This document shows, piece by piece, positions 15,201 through 23,526 of a stretch of 38,918 nucleotides of DNA. The stretch is from an uncultured bacterium (GTDB lineage: Bacteria; Hydrothermota; Tepidihabitantia; Tepidihabitantales; Tepidihabitantaceae): assembly GCA_964402475.1 (NCBI GenBank), contig CAYOCZ010000001.1:1-38918 (forward strand), given 5' to 3'. Below the pieces are notes generated by a model, which was not told where the DNA came from, made no database searches, and worked only from the letters and a program-made list of their open reading frames with translations. Positions within the stretch are counted from its first letter, which is position 1; each line of letters begins with the position of its first letter. A program made the translations under genes and the position numbers.

Positions 15201-17060
15201 CTATTTCTTCCATTTCGCCTTTTGCTCTCCGGCCTCTTTCTTCATTGGCTTTAATGGTGGCTTTCCTGTCGTGACCAGTATCGCATCGAACTTGCAGACA
15301 TCATAACAGACCCCGCACTTGATGCATTTGTCCTGGTTTATCGCGTGCGGCGTTTTCTTCGTCCCGGTGACAGCATGGGAAGGGCAGTTCTTTGCGCACA
15401 GCGTGCAACCGGTGCATTTGTCCTTATCCACTTCATATCTAATCAGCGCCCTACACACCTTGGCCGGGCACTTCTTGTCCCTGATATGGGCGACGTACTC
15501 GTCTCTGAAATGGCGCAGGGCGCTCAGCACGGGATTGGGCGCGGTCTTGCCCAACCCGCACAGGGATGCCTCCTTGGTGGCCTCACCCAGCTCCTCCAAG
15601 AGTTCGATGTCACCTTCCTTCCCATTTCCCTCGCAGATGTTCGTCAGGATTTCATGCATCGCGGCGAGGCCTTCGCGGCAGGAAGTGCACCTTCCGCAGG
15701 ATTCGTCTTTCGTGAATCCGATGAAGTACTTGGCGATATCAACCATGCAACTGTCCTCGTCCATCACGATCATCCCACCCGACCCCATGATCGCGCCCGC
15801 CTCCTGCAATCGCTCGTAGTCCACCGGCAGGTCGAGCATGCTCTTCGGGATAACACCGCCGGACGGACCGCCGGTTTGAACGGCTTTGAACTCCCTTCCG
15901 TTCGGAATCCCGCCCCCGATGTCATAGACGATCCGACGCAGGGTTATCCCCATCGGTACTTCCACCAGCCCGGCGTTGTTGATATTCCCGGCCAAGGAGA
16001 ACACCTTGGTGCCTTTGCTCTTCTCTGTCCCGATTGCGGCAAACCACTCTGCCCCGAAGTTGATAATCCTCGGCAAGTTCGTCAGGGTTTCTACATTGTT
16101 GATGACCGTGGGTTTCCCGAACACCCCTCGCTGGACCGGGAAGGGGGGCTTCTGGGTAGGTTCTGCCGGCCGGCCTTCAATCGAGTGAATCAGTGAAGTC
16201 TCCTCCCCGCAGACGAACGCACCGGCCCCACGGAATATCTCGACGTCGAAGTCAAAGCCCGAACCGAATATGTCCTTTCCGAGCAATCCGTACTCCATGG
16301 CCTGACCGGTCGCACTGATCAGCCTCTTGATCGCCAGCGGGTATTCAATCCTGATATACACGTAGCCTTTGCTCGCTCCGATTGCGTAGGCGGCAATCAG
16401 CATCCCCTCAATCAGTGAATGGGGATCAGCCTCAATTATCGACCTGTCCATGAAAGCTCCCGGGTCACCCTCGTCAGCATTGCAGATAAGGTACTTGGGC
16501 GTATTCGGGTTGCTCCGGCAGAACTCCCATTTCCTGCCGGTCGGAAAACCGGCACCACCACGTCCCCTGAGCCCCGAGTCCTTTATCTCCCGGACGACTT
16601 CCTCAGGACTCATATCCTTCAGCACCTTTGCCAGGGCTTTGTACCCGTCCCTGGCGATGTACTCATCTATCTGGTCCGGGTCGATTATCCCCCTGTTCCA
16701 GAGCGCAATCAGTCGCTGGTCACGGTAGAAAGGAACGTCGTGCAGCTTCTCAATCGGGTACAGGGTCTCAGGATGGACGTACATCAGGGACTTCACCGGC
16801 CGGCCCTTGAGCAGGTGCTCCTCAACCAGATGCGGGATGTCTTCTTCTTTCAGGAACTGATAGACCACGTCGTCCGGCTGGACAATCAGCGTCGGTCCCT
16901 TGGTGCAAAGCCAACTGCTCCCGGTAAGGACAACCTGGACTTCATCCTCCAGGTGGTGCTTCCTGATTTCCTCCTCGAGCCGCTTCTTGATTGACAGCGC
17001 CCCGACCGAAACACACATGGTGCAAGTGCAGAGCATTACGTTGGTTCGGTATACCTTCAT
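15201..17060 (-). CDS. NuoF/HydB-like NAD(P)H-FMN subunit with N-terminal thioredoxin-like 2Fe-2S domain and C-terminal 2x[4Fe-4S]
   Basis: Motifs are GLRGRGGAGFPTGRKWEF (FMN/NADH site), ESCGRCTSCREG (N3-type cluster), and CTGCTLCAKNCP / CIKCGVCYDVC. The track ORF starts at ATG 17132. The first 24 aa (MSLCRRTARSLRLLG...) do not look domain-like, so ATG 17060 (MKVYRTNVMLCTC...) is preferred. Confidence 0.9.
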   Translation of the reverse strand: MKVYRTNVMLCTCTMCVSVGALSIKKRLEEEIRKHHLEDEVQVVLTGSSWLCTKGPTLIVQPDDVVYQFLKEEDIPHLVEEHLLKGRPVKSLMYVHPETLYPIEKLHDVPFYRDQRLIALWNRGIIDPDQIDEYIARDGYKALAKVLKDMSPEEVVREIKDSGLRGRGGAGFPTGRKWEFCRSNPNTPKYLICNADEGDPGAFMDRSIIEADPHSLIEGMLIAAYAIGASKGYVYIRIEYPLAIKRLISATGQAMEYGLLGKDIFGSGFDFDVEIFRGAGAFVCGEETSLIHSIEGRPAEPTQKPPFPVQRGVFGKPTVINNVETLTNLPRIINFGAEWFAAIGTEKSKGTKVFSLAGNINNAGLVEVPMGITLRRIVYDIGGGIPNGREFKAVQTGGPSGGVIPKSMLDLPVDYERLQEAGAIMGSGGMIVMDEDSCMVDIAKYFIGFTKDESCGRCTSCREGLAAMHEILTNICEGNGKEGDIELLEELGEATKEASLCGLGKTAPNPVLSALRHFRDEYVAHIRDKKCPAKVCRALIRYEVDKDKCTGCTLCAKNCPSHAVTGTKKTPHAINQDKCIKCGVCYDVCKFDAILVTTGKPPLKPMKKEAGEQKAKWKK

Positions 17061-17199
17061 TCCAATTCCGATTGTCGAATGGCGACTGCCGAGTAACCGA
17101 AGGGAACGTGCCGTCCGACGGCACAACGACATGATGCCTCAGCGGTCTCACATGCTGCGTTTTGCCTTCTGCAATCCGACCTCTGCCTTCTGTTTTTCC

Positions 17200-17586
17200 T
17201 CACGGTACTCTTTCACTCCCGAAAGCCAGCGCGTATTCCTTGACGATCTCCCCTGAAAGGACGTGCCTGACGAATATTTCCTTCGCCTTGTCCGGAGTCA
17301 CGTCCACGTATTTCACCGGCGGCTGGCCCTGGACTTCGACCGTTATCATCGGTTCCCGGCTGCACAGGCCGGCGCAGCTCGAAGGAATCAGAATGACGTC
17401 CTTGACGTCCCGTTCTTCTATCTCAGTCATCAACGCGCTCATCACGGCCCGCGCTCCGGCTGCTATCCCGCAGGTGCCCATATGAACAATGACTTTTGCC
17501 CGGCTGGTCCCTTCACGGAGAGAAATCGTCCTCTTCACCTTCTCGGTTATTCTCGCCAGGTCTTCAGGCCTCAACTTCGGCATCAC
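17200..17586 (-). CDS. thioredoxin-like [2Fe-2S] ferredoxin (HydD-like small subunit)
   Basis: 128-aa [17 protein letters not shown] ... [11 protein letters not shown] is the pattern of thioredoxin-like 2Fe-2S ferredoxins found with NuoEF-type modules. Confidence 0.8.
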   Translation of the reverse strand: MMPKLRPEDLARITEKVKRTISLREGTSRAKVIVHMGTCGIAAGARAVMSALMTEIEERDVKDVILIPSSCAGLCSREPMITVEVQGQPPVKYVDVTPDKAKEIFVRHVLSGEIVKEYALAFGSERVP

Positions 17587-18517
17587 CCGCCTCCTTGTAG
17601 TGCTTGAGCAACTTCGGGATATGGGACAGCCGGAAATGGCCGTGCATGTCCTCGTTCACCACCACAACCGGAGCCTGGCCGCAGCACCCGAAACAGGATA
17701 TGGTCTCAAGCCCGAACATCAGGTTCTTGGTCGTGTTTCCCACCCTGATGCCGAGAGCTCTCTCAAACGCCTCAAGAATCCGGTTCCCGCCCTTGATGTA
17801 GCAGGCCGTCCCCATGCAGACATTGATGGTGTATTTCCCTCTCGGTTTCAGGCTGAACGCATTGTAGAAAGTGGCTACCTGGTAAATCAGGCTCAGAGGC
17901 ATGTCAAGCTCCTCGGAGATGTAACGCAGCACGTATTCCGGGAGATAGGAATAGCTGATGTTGATGTCGTGCAGAACCGGCAGCAGGGCGCCTTCCCTGT
18001 TCTTGTGCTCCTCGATAATCCGCCGCATTTTCGCCAAATCGTCGGGCTTGAGCTTCACCTCGACCTTCTCCTGGTCAAGGTAGACCGCCTTTGTTACCGG
18101 GCAGTTCTCCACGCATAACCCGCAGCCGGTGCACTTGTCCTCGTTGACATAGCGGGGCTTCTTCTTCACTGTCACCACGAAATTGCCCGGGGTCCCGGTC
18201 AACTGCTCAAGTTCGGCGTTCGTGATGAGCTCGATGTTCGGATGCCTTCCGCAATCAACCAGCTTCGGCGACACGATGCACATCGCGCAATCGTTTGTCG
18301 GGAACGTCTTGTCCAACTGCGCCATGGTCCCGCCGATGGCCGGGCCCGACTCAACCAGGTAGACCTTGAACCCGGAATTGGCCAAATCCAGCGAAGACTG
18401 AATTCCGGCTATCCCGGCACCGATGACAAGCACGGCGCCAACGGGCCGACTTCCGCTTTGGGCAACCGCCGATTCATGCCGATTCACGCCGACGGAAGGA
18501 CTGAATTGCTCGTTCAT
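17564..18517 (-). CDS. fusion of the HdrA N-terminal Rossmann/FAD segment (with first ferredoxin-insert motif) to a NuoE/HydC-type 2Fe-2S domain
   Basis: 317-aa ORF. aa 29-141 ([21 protein letters not shown]...[17 protein letters not shown]...[20 protein letters not shown]) align without gaps to aa 10-122 of the 1038-aa HdrA. The C-terminal half is NuoE-like ([39 protein letters not shown]). Confidence 0.85.
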   Translation of the reverse strand: MNEQFSPSVGVNRHESAVAQSGSRPVGAVLVIGAGIAGIQSSLDLANSGFKVYLVESGPAIGGTMAQLDKTFPTNDCAMCIVSPKLVDCGRHPNIELITNAELEQLTGTPGNFVVTVKKKPRYVNEDKCTGCGLCVENCPVTKAVYLDQEKVEVKLKPDDLAKMRRIIEEHKNREGALLPVLHDINISYSYLPEYVLRYISEELDMPLSLIYQVATFYNAFSLKPRGKYTINVCMGTACYIKGGNRILEAFERALGIRVGNTTKNLMFGLETISCFGCCGQAPVVVVNEDMHGHFRLSHIPKLLKHYKEAGDAEVEA

Positions 18518-18590
18518 CGTTCAGCGTTCATCTTATTCCAGCTATCTGCGTTCACCTGCGGTTCCGCTTTCGGAGCTCTAGTTTCTCCTC

Positions 18591-19700
18591 TCATTGCATG
18601 CCCGTTCGTCTCTCCGCGCGCTCCCGTTTCCTGGCGGCGACCGTTTCAACCATGGAAAGCACGTTCTTCTTGTCGGTATCCGACAAGGCCGCCAACTGAA
18701 GCCAACCATGGTCCGCTGCCTCGGCGAAGGCCCGCTTCGCCATCGTGGTCCTGATCAGGACGGTGGTATACCCGTCGGCAGAACCGAGGCCGCCTACTGA
18801 GATGTCCGCGAAGTCGTTGGCGAAGTTCCGGCACACAAGGCAGGCCGGCCTCGCGATATCCTCTATCTCGCCGAAAGGAACGCGGATGGTTACGCCGGAC
18901 TTCATCTCCAGCCTGAAATCCTCCTTGACGTTAATCTTCAGGATATCCTCCGGCCTTATGCGGTACTTCTTCACGAATCCCTTGTCCATGAGATCCTCGA
19001 ACGCGAAACACTGCATGCAGAATAGCCCAACAGTGAAGTAAATCGCATCTGCCGGCAGGATGTTCAGGACCTGCATTTTACGGACCGCTGTAATCTGGCA
19101 CGGAGTGCCGACAACCGCCAGTTTCGTGGTTCGCGTCGGACCGAACATCCTCACCACTGGAAGAATCGACACGTAGGTGGAGTACTTTTCGCCGATTCCC
19201 TCGAGATGAGATGATTCGGAGAACTGCGACCCCGCCGCCTGAATCAGTTCTTCACGTGTAGTCGCAATCATCGGCTCGCGGTTGAACAACCCCGTCTTCT
19301 TCGCGGCTATCGCACCGTCGATGGTCTTGCTCTCAAGCATGTAAGCAAGCAACGCGGTGACCACGCCGCCGTCGGTTGCGACCTCTGCGATCTTCGCGTC
19401 CAATGCCCGCGCGGAAATGACATCCCGCAGGTTGCCAACCGGGGCCGACCATCCGAATTTGGCCTTGACGTCTTCGTTGAGCTCCTGGGTCTGGGGACAG
19501 ATGAGATAGCATATCCCGCACCTGAAGCATTTGTCCGGGTCTACATATTGGGGTAGGTTGTCGGTGCAGTGGCACATCTCAATTGCCCCCATCCGGTGGG
19601 CAGTACAGAAGGAAACACACGCCCCGCACTTATTGCACAGACCCTTTCCTATGACGTCCTTGAGAAGGTCGTCAAAGCTCAACTTCGTGCTCTGCTTCAT
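18591..19700 (-). CDS. FrhB/FdhB-family (coenzyme F420 hydrogenase/dehydrogenase beta-like) flavo-Fe-S protein with N-terminal 2x[4Fe-4S]
   Basis: It has CNKCGACVSFC and CFRCGICYLICP, then FrhB-family signatures (VVGTPCQITAVRK; CLVCRNFANDFADISVGGLG). The track ORF reaches 19787 but overlaps the HdrC-like gene. ATG 19700 (MKQSTKL) lies 28 nt after that gene's stop. Confidence 0.8.
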   Translation of the reverse strand: MKQSTKLSFDDLLKDVIGKGLCNKCGACVSFCTAHRMGAIEMCHCTDNLPQYVDPDKCFRCGICYLICPQTQELNEDVKAKFGWSAPVGNLRDVISARALDAKIAEVATDGGVVTALLAYMLESKTIDGAIAAKKTGLFNREPMIATTREELIQAAGSQFSESSHLEGIGEKYSTYVSILPVVRMFGPTRTTKLAVVGTPCQITAVRKMQVLNILPADAIYFTVGLFCMQCFAFEDLMDKGFVKKYRIRPEDILKINVKEDFRLEMKSGVTIRVPFGEIEDIARPACLVCRNFANDFADISVGGLGSADGYTTVLIRTTMAKRAFAEAADHGWLQLAALSDTDKKNVLSMVETVAARKRERAERRTGMQ

Positions 19701-19728
19701 ACTTCTGTTCGCACCGGCTGCCGGTAGT

Positions 19729-20196
19729 TCATTTCGCACTGAACCTGCCCTGAACCATCGACTCGATTCTCTTCTTCTTCTCGGCACCGGGTTTGATCAG
19801 GTATTCCACCAGGTTGCACCTCAAGTCCTGGGCAAACCGGTCAAGTTCCTCCATCTGCTCAAGGCGCTCCCTGGGGGCGAAGCCCTCCTCGACCGCCATC
19901 TCACGCAGCACACCCATCACGTCGGCGAACTTGACGTTCTGCGGGCAATGTGCGTAACAGATGTAACATCTGGCGCACATCCAGATGATATCCGAGGACA
20001 GGACGTCCTTCCGCATCCCCAGAATGGCCATCCGGATGATCTTCCTCGGGTCATAGGTCTCGTTGACTTCCGCGACCGGGCAGCTCGCGGTGCAGGTGCC
20101 ACACGAAAAACAACGCTTGAAGTTCTCGGCCCCGGGTCGCGCGGCGATGTCGTACTTGAACTTCGTATCAAGGTCCTTCACGTCAATTTCATCCAT
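19729..20196 (-). CDS. hdrC: HdrC-like 2x[4Fe-4S] protein (no adjacent HdrB)
   Basis: CFSCGTCTASCPV ... DPRKIIRMAILG ... IWMCARCYICYAHCPQNV is the HdrC pattern. The start is chosen at ATG 20196 (MDEIDVK), preceded by GAGAGGAGG and lying 11 nt after the upstream stop. The track ORF to 20415 overlaps the upstream gene. Confidence 0.8.
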   Translation of the reverse strand: MDEIDVKDLDTKFKYDIAARPGAENFKRCFSCGTCTASCPVAEVNETYDPRKIIRMAILGMRKDVLSSDIIWMCARCYICYAHCPQNVKFADVMGVLREMAVEEGFAPRERLEQMEELDRFAQDLRCNLVEYLIKPGAEKKKRIESMVQGRFSAK

Positions 20197-20207
20197 ACTG
20201 CCTCCTC

Positions 20208-21038
20208 TCAGAACTGCTCCGGCAGTCTCTGCAACTCTGCATACGAGAACACCGGGCCGTCGGTACACACGTACTTGGACCCGATATTGCATCTGCCACA
20301 CTTCCCTATCCCGCACTTCATTCTTCTTTCGAGCGAGGTGTAGATTCTCTCGGGCGGGAATCCGAGCCTGAGCAGGACCGGCAGAGTGTATTTGATCATC
20401 ACCGGCGGTCCGCACACGACGGCCCAGGTATTCCTGGGACTGGGCGCCACTTCCTCGGTCACGGCCGGGACGAAACCCACTTTCTTATCCCAGCCCGCAA
20501 CGTCCTTGTCGATGGTAAGGTGCAGGTGCAAATCGTCGCGCTTCTCCCATTCGGCCAGCTCGTCGCAATAGAGCAGCAAGCCGGGCCTGCGCGCCCCGTA
20601 TATAACCGTGATGTCGGCGAAATCCCCCCGGTGCGCGAACATGTAGACTCCGAGCGACCGGAGTGTCGTAAATGCAAATCCGCCGCTGACAATCAATACG
20701 TTCTGGCCGTTGAACTTCTCCACCGGGTAGTGATTCCCGAACGGACCCCGCAGGCCGATGGTTTCGCCCTGTGCCAGGTAATGAAGCGCGGTCGTAACGA
20801 CCCCGACCCGGTTGACGGTGAATCGCAGGAACCCCTCCTCGGTTGGCGATGATGCAATTCCGAACGGGGCTTCTCCTCTGCCCAGGATGGACAACTGGCA
20901 GAACTGGCCGGGCAGATAGTCGAACGTCTGCTCTTTGTTGCGGAAACTGAGGTCGAACGTCCTCAGGGTTCTGTCGTCCGACTCCGTCCGTATCTTGTCC
21001 ACGGTCATCGAGATGGGCACGTAACAATTACCCGGCAT
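20208..21038 (-). CDS. FlxA/AsrB/HydG-like FAD-NAD(P)-binding subunit with C-terminal 2Fe-2S
   Basis: 276-aa ORF with a ferredoxin-reductase-type fold pattern (PGQFCQLS..., RFTVNRVG, NVLIVSGGFAFTTLRS). The C-terminal cluster motif is CGIGKCGRCNIG...YVCTDGPVF. Confidence 0.8.
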   Translation of the reverse strand: MPGNCYVPISMTVDKIRTESDDRTLRTFDLSFRNKEQTFDYLPGQFCQLSILGRGEAPFGIASSPTEEGFLRFTVNRVGVVTTALHYLAQGETIGLRGPFGNHYPVEKFNGQNVLIVSGGFAFTTLRSLGVYMFAHRGDFADITVIYGARRPGLLLYCDELAEWEKRDDLHLHLTIDKDVAGWDKKVGFVPAVTEEVAPSPRNTWAVVCGPPVMIKYTLPVLLRLGFPPERIYTSLERRMKCGIGKCGRCNIGSKYVCTDGPVFSYAELQRLPEQF

Positions 21039-22047
21039 TAATGAACCTCACAAGTACTTCACGGATATCGAGATTAACCGGACAGCTACGGATGCACCTG
21101 CCGCATCCCACGCACGCCATCTCGCCGTATACGTCAACGAAGTAGTTGAATTTGTGCATCACCCGTTGTCGAAGTCGTTCCTTCCCGGTCGGTCGCGGGT
21201 TGTGTCCGGACGCCTCTTTCGTGAACAAAGGCGCCATGCAGGAATCCCAGATTCTGATTCGCCGGCACTGGTTCGTACCCGACGCCTTTTCGTCTTGAAT
21301 GTCGAAACAGTGACAGGTCGGACACAGGTACGCGCAGGCCGCACAGGAAAGACACTTTCCGGTAAGTTCGTCCCACAAGGGGCTGTCCCAGGCTCTATCC
21401 AAGGCTGATTTCAGGGAAGAGACGTCAACCTTGCCTGCCATCGATGACTCGGCCCGCTCCTTGATGTCGGCAGCCTTACGCAGGTCGGCTGCGGAGGCTT
21501 CCTCGCAAGGGATCCCTTTCAGGAAGTCCATTCCCTTTTCGCTGCGGGGCTCCAATAGAATCGCATCACCGATATCGGTGAGCGCTATATCCGAGCCTTC
21601 TGTGCTGAACGGGCCAGAGCCCAACCAGTTGCAGAAACAGCCGGCCCGTGGTGTGCTGCAGCCCATGGTCACTATGAGTGCATTCCGATATCGCCGCGTC
21701 CAGTATGGGTCATTGTGTTCGCCGGTGCCGAATACCTTGTCCAACATCAACAGGCCCCTTGCATCGCACGGCCTGATGCCGATTACCGCAATCGGCCTGT
21801 CCGGCTCCTGGGTTGGCACCACCTCCCCCTGATTGCCAGTGAGCAATGTCTCGGTCTGGGGAAAGAAAATACCCTTTGCCGACTCATCCGGGTTGGCGAT
21901 GTCCAGCCGTAGCGCTCCGGCCGACTCGACTTCGGCGAAGCGCATCAGGCCACCGCTATCAACCGGGCCGAACAGACGGTACCGAGAAAACAACGCAGCG
22001 ACGAATTCGTCAAGCCGCTTCTTGTCTAGCCGAAGTACCTTACTCAC
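21028..22047 (-). CDS. AsrA/HydB/FlxB-like 4Fe-4S dicluster protein
   Basis: 339-aa ORF with IGIRPCDARGL, CLSCAACAYLCPTCHCFD and CVGCGRCIRSCPVNLDI. It has a GTGA start/stop overlap at 22044-22047. Confidence 0.75.
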   Translation of the reverse strand: MSKVLRLDKKRLDEFVAALFSRYRLFGPVDSGGLMRFAEVESAGALRLDIANPDESAKGIFFPQTETLLTGNQGEVVPTQEPDRPIAVIGIRPCDARGLLMLDKVFGTGEHNDPYWTRRYRNALIVTMGCSTPRAGCFCNWLGSGPFSTEGSDIALTDIGDAILLEPRSEKGMDFLKGIPCEEASAADLRKAADIKERAESSMAGKVDVSSLKSALDRAWDSPLWDELTGKCLSCAACAYLCPTCHCFDIQDEKASGTNQCRRIRIWDSCMAPLFTKEASGHNPRPTGKERLRQRVMHKFNYFVDVYGEMACVGCGRCIRSCPVNLDIREVLVRFINAG

Positions 22048-23006
22048 AGGATGAACTCCTGTTTATCTTCCTCGTTGTAGGCCGCCATGGCCGGTATCTG
22101 GTCGGGAACCAGGCCGGGAGTGTATCCGAATCTCTCCCGCACCTCTCGCTCGACCCTCTGGTTCAAGAGGCTCAGGTTGATACCAAGGGGACAAGCCCGC
22201 TCACACGCCCCGCATTCAACGCACCGCCCCGCCGTATGAAGGGCCCGTACGATGTGAAACAGCATCGTATCGGACAAGTCAGTGCTCTTCCCGAACCACT
22301 GGGGGTCGCTCTGGTCAACGAAACACTCTTCGCAGTAGCACATCGGGCATGCGTTCCGGCAGGCATAGCACCTGATGCACTTGGCGAACTCCTTCTCGAA
22401 GAAGGCCCACCTCTCGGAGGCTCCGAGTTCCTCGAACTTCTCCAGTTCCTGCCGCCCGCATTTCTCCGGTGCCGCTTCTACCGGCTCGGTGATGAACACG
22501 TCGTACACCGGCGGGTTCGGGTAGCGACACCTCTTGCACGAATCAGACAGGACATCGGATCTGTCCATGGATACCTCAAAGTCCTTCCCCTCGAATACGA
22601 CCGTCTCGCCGTCAACCCGGCACCGGGAAACATCCCGATCTTGAACCCGGTCGCGGACCTTCCTATGGTCAAGAACGCCTTCACAGGGAACGCCGATAAT
22701 CAGCACATCCTCACGTTTGACCTGGCCTTCGGCCACATATTGAACCACCGCCCTGCCGTCGCAGCCTTTTGCCACGATTCCCACTCTGTCGCCCTGGGCC
22801 CGGTCGCACCTCCTCAGGTACTGGGCCAGGTTGTTGCCACAGGTGATGTCGAAAATCAGACCGTCTGTATCCGCCTCGCTTCTGGCAAAGACCGGCGTTG
22901 ACCGAAACGCCGTGCTTCCCCGGGCGTGCCCGATCACACAACTGACCTTTTTCTCCTTAAGCAGCTCTTCCACTTTGTCCCTCAGCAACTGCTCTACGTT
23001 CGCCAT
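22044..23006 (-). CDS. FlxC-like 4Fe-4S dicluster protein (same superfamily as 21028..22047, 32471..33565, 33562..34749)
   Basis: 320-aa ORF with CIRCYACRNACPMCYCEEC ... CVECGACERACPLGINL. It starts 1 nt after the MvhD-like stop. Confidence 0.75.
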   Translation of the reverse strand: MANVEQLLRDKVEELLKEKKVSCVIGHARGSTAFRSTPVFARSEADTDGLIFDITCGNNLAQYLRRCDRAQGDRVGIVAKGCDGRAVVQYVAEGQVKREDVLIIGVPCEGVLDHRKVRDRVQDRDVSRCRVDGETVVFEGKDFEVSMDRSDVLSDSCKRCRYPNPPVYDVFITEPVEAAPEKCGRQELEKFEELGASERWAFFEKEFAKCIRCYACRNACPMCYCEECFVDQSDPQWFGKSTDLSDTMLFHIVRALHTAGRCVECGACERACPLGINLSLLNQRVEREVRERFGYTPGLVPDQIPAMAAYNEEDKQEFIL

Positions 23007-23007
23007 G

Positions 23008-23526
23008 TCAGTCTTTCGTGTCCGAAGACCTGACCGCCTTCACCAGTTTCCTGGCAGGACCAAGCCTCTTCACATCCTCGGTGACCCTGGTGACAACCTG
23101 GGCGAACTTCTCGCCTTCGCCGGCCGACACCCAGGAGAATTGAACCCGGCCCGGCTCCAGACCCATGAATTCCAGAACCGTCTTCAATACGGCGAACTTC
23201 CTGCGAGCCACGTAATTCCCCGAGATGTAATGGCAGTCCCCGGGGTGGCAGCCTGAAACCAGAACTCCGTCGAATCCGTTCTGAAGGCACTTGAGAATGA
23301 ATATCGGGTTCACCCTTCCGGAGCAGGGAACCCTGACCGCCCGGATATTGGGAGGGTACTGAATCCTTGAAACCCCGGCAAGGTCGGCCCCGGCGTAGGA
23401 GCACCAGTTGCACAGGAATGCCAGTATCCTGGGTTGCCAGGAATTCCGGGTCTCTGTCCGTTCTGCTCTTTTGTCATCGGCTTTGTGTTCCTGGTGGCTT
23501 CGTGTTGAGTCCATCCGTTCTTTCAT
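23008..23526 (-). CDS. MvhD/FlxD-like [2Fe-2S] protein (copy 1)
   Basis: It has LCNWCSYAGADLAG, VPCSGRV and GCHPGDCHY. The start is taken at ATG 23526, which forms an ATGA overlap with the stop of the tandem HdrA (23523-23525). The track ORF to 23631 lies inside that gene. Confidence 0.85.
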   Translation of the reverse strand: MKERMDSTRSHQEHKADDKRAERTETRNSWQPRILAFLCNWCSYAGADLAGVSRIQYPPNIRAVRVPCSGRVNPIFILKCLQNGFDGVLVSGCHPGDCHYISGNYVARRKFAVLKTVLEFMGLEPGRVQFSWVSAGEGEKFAQVVTRVTEDVKRLGPARKLVKAVRSSDTKD

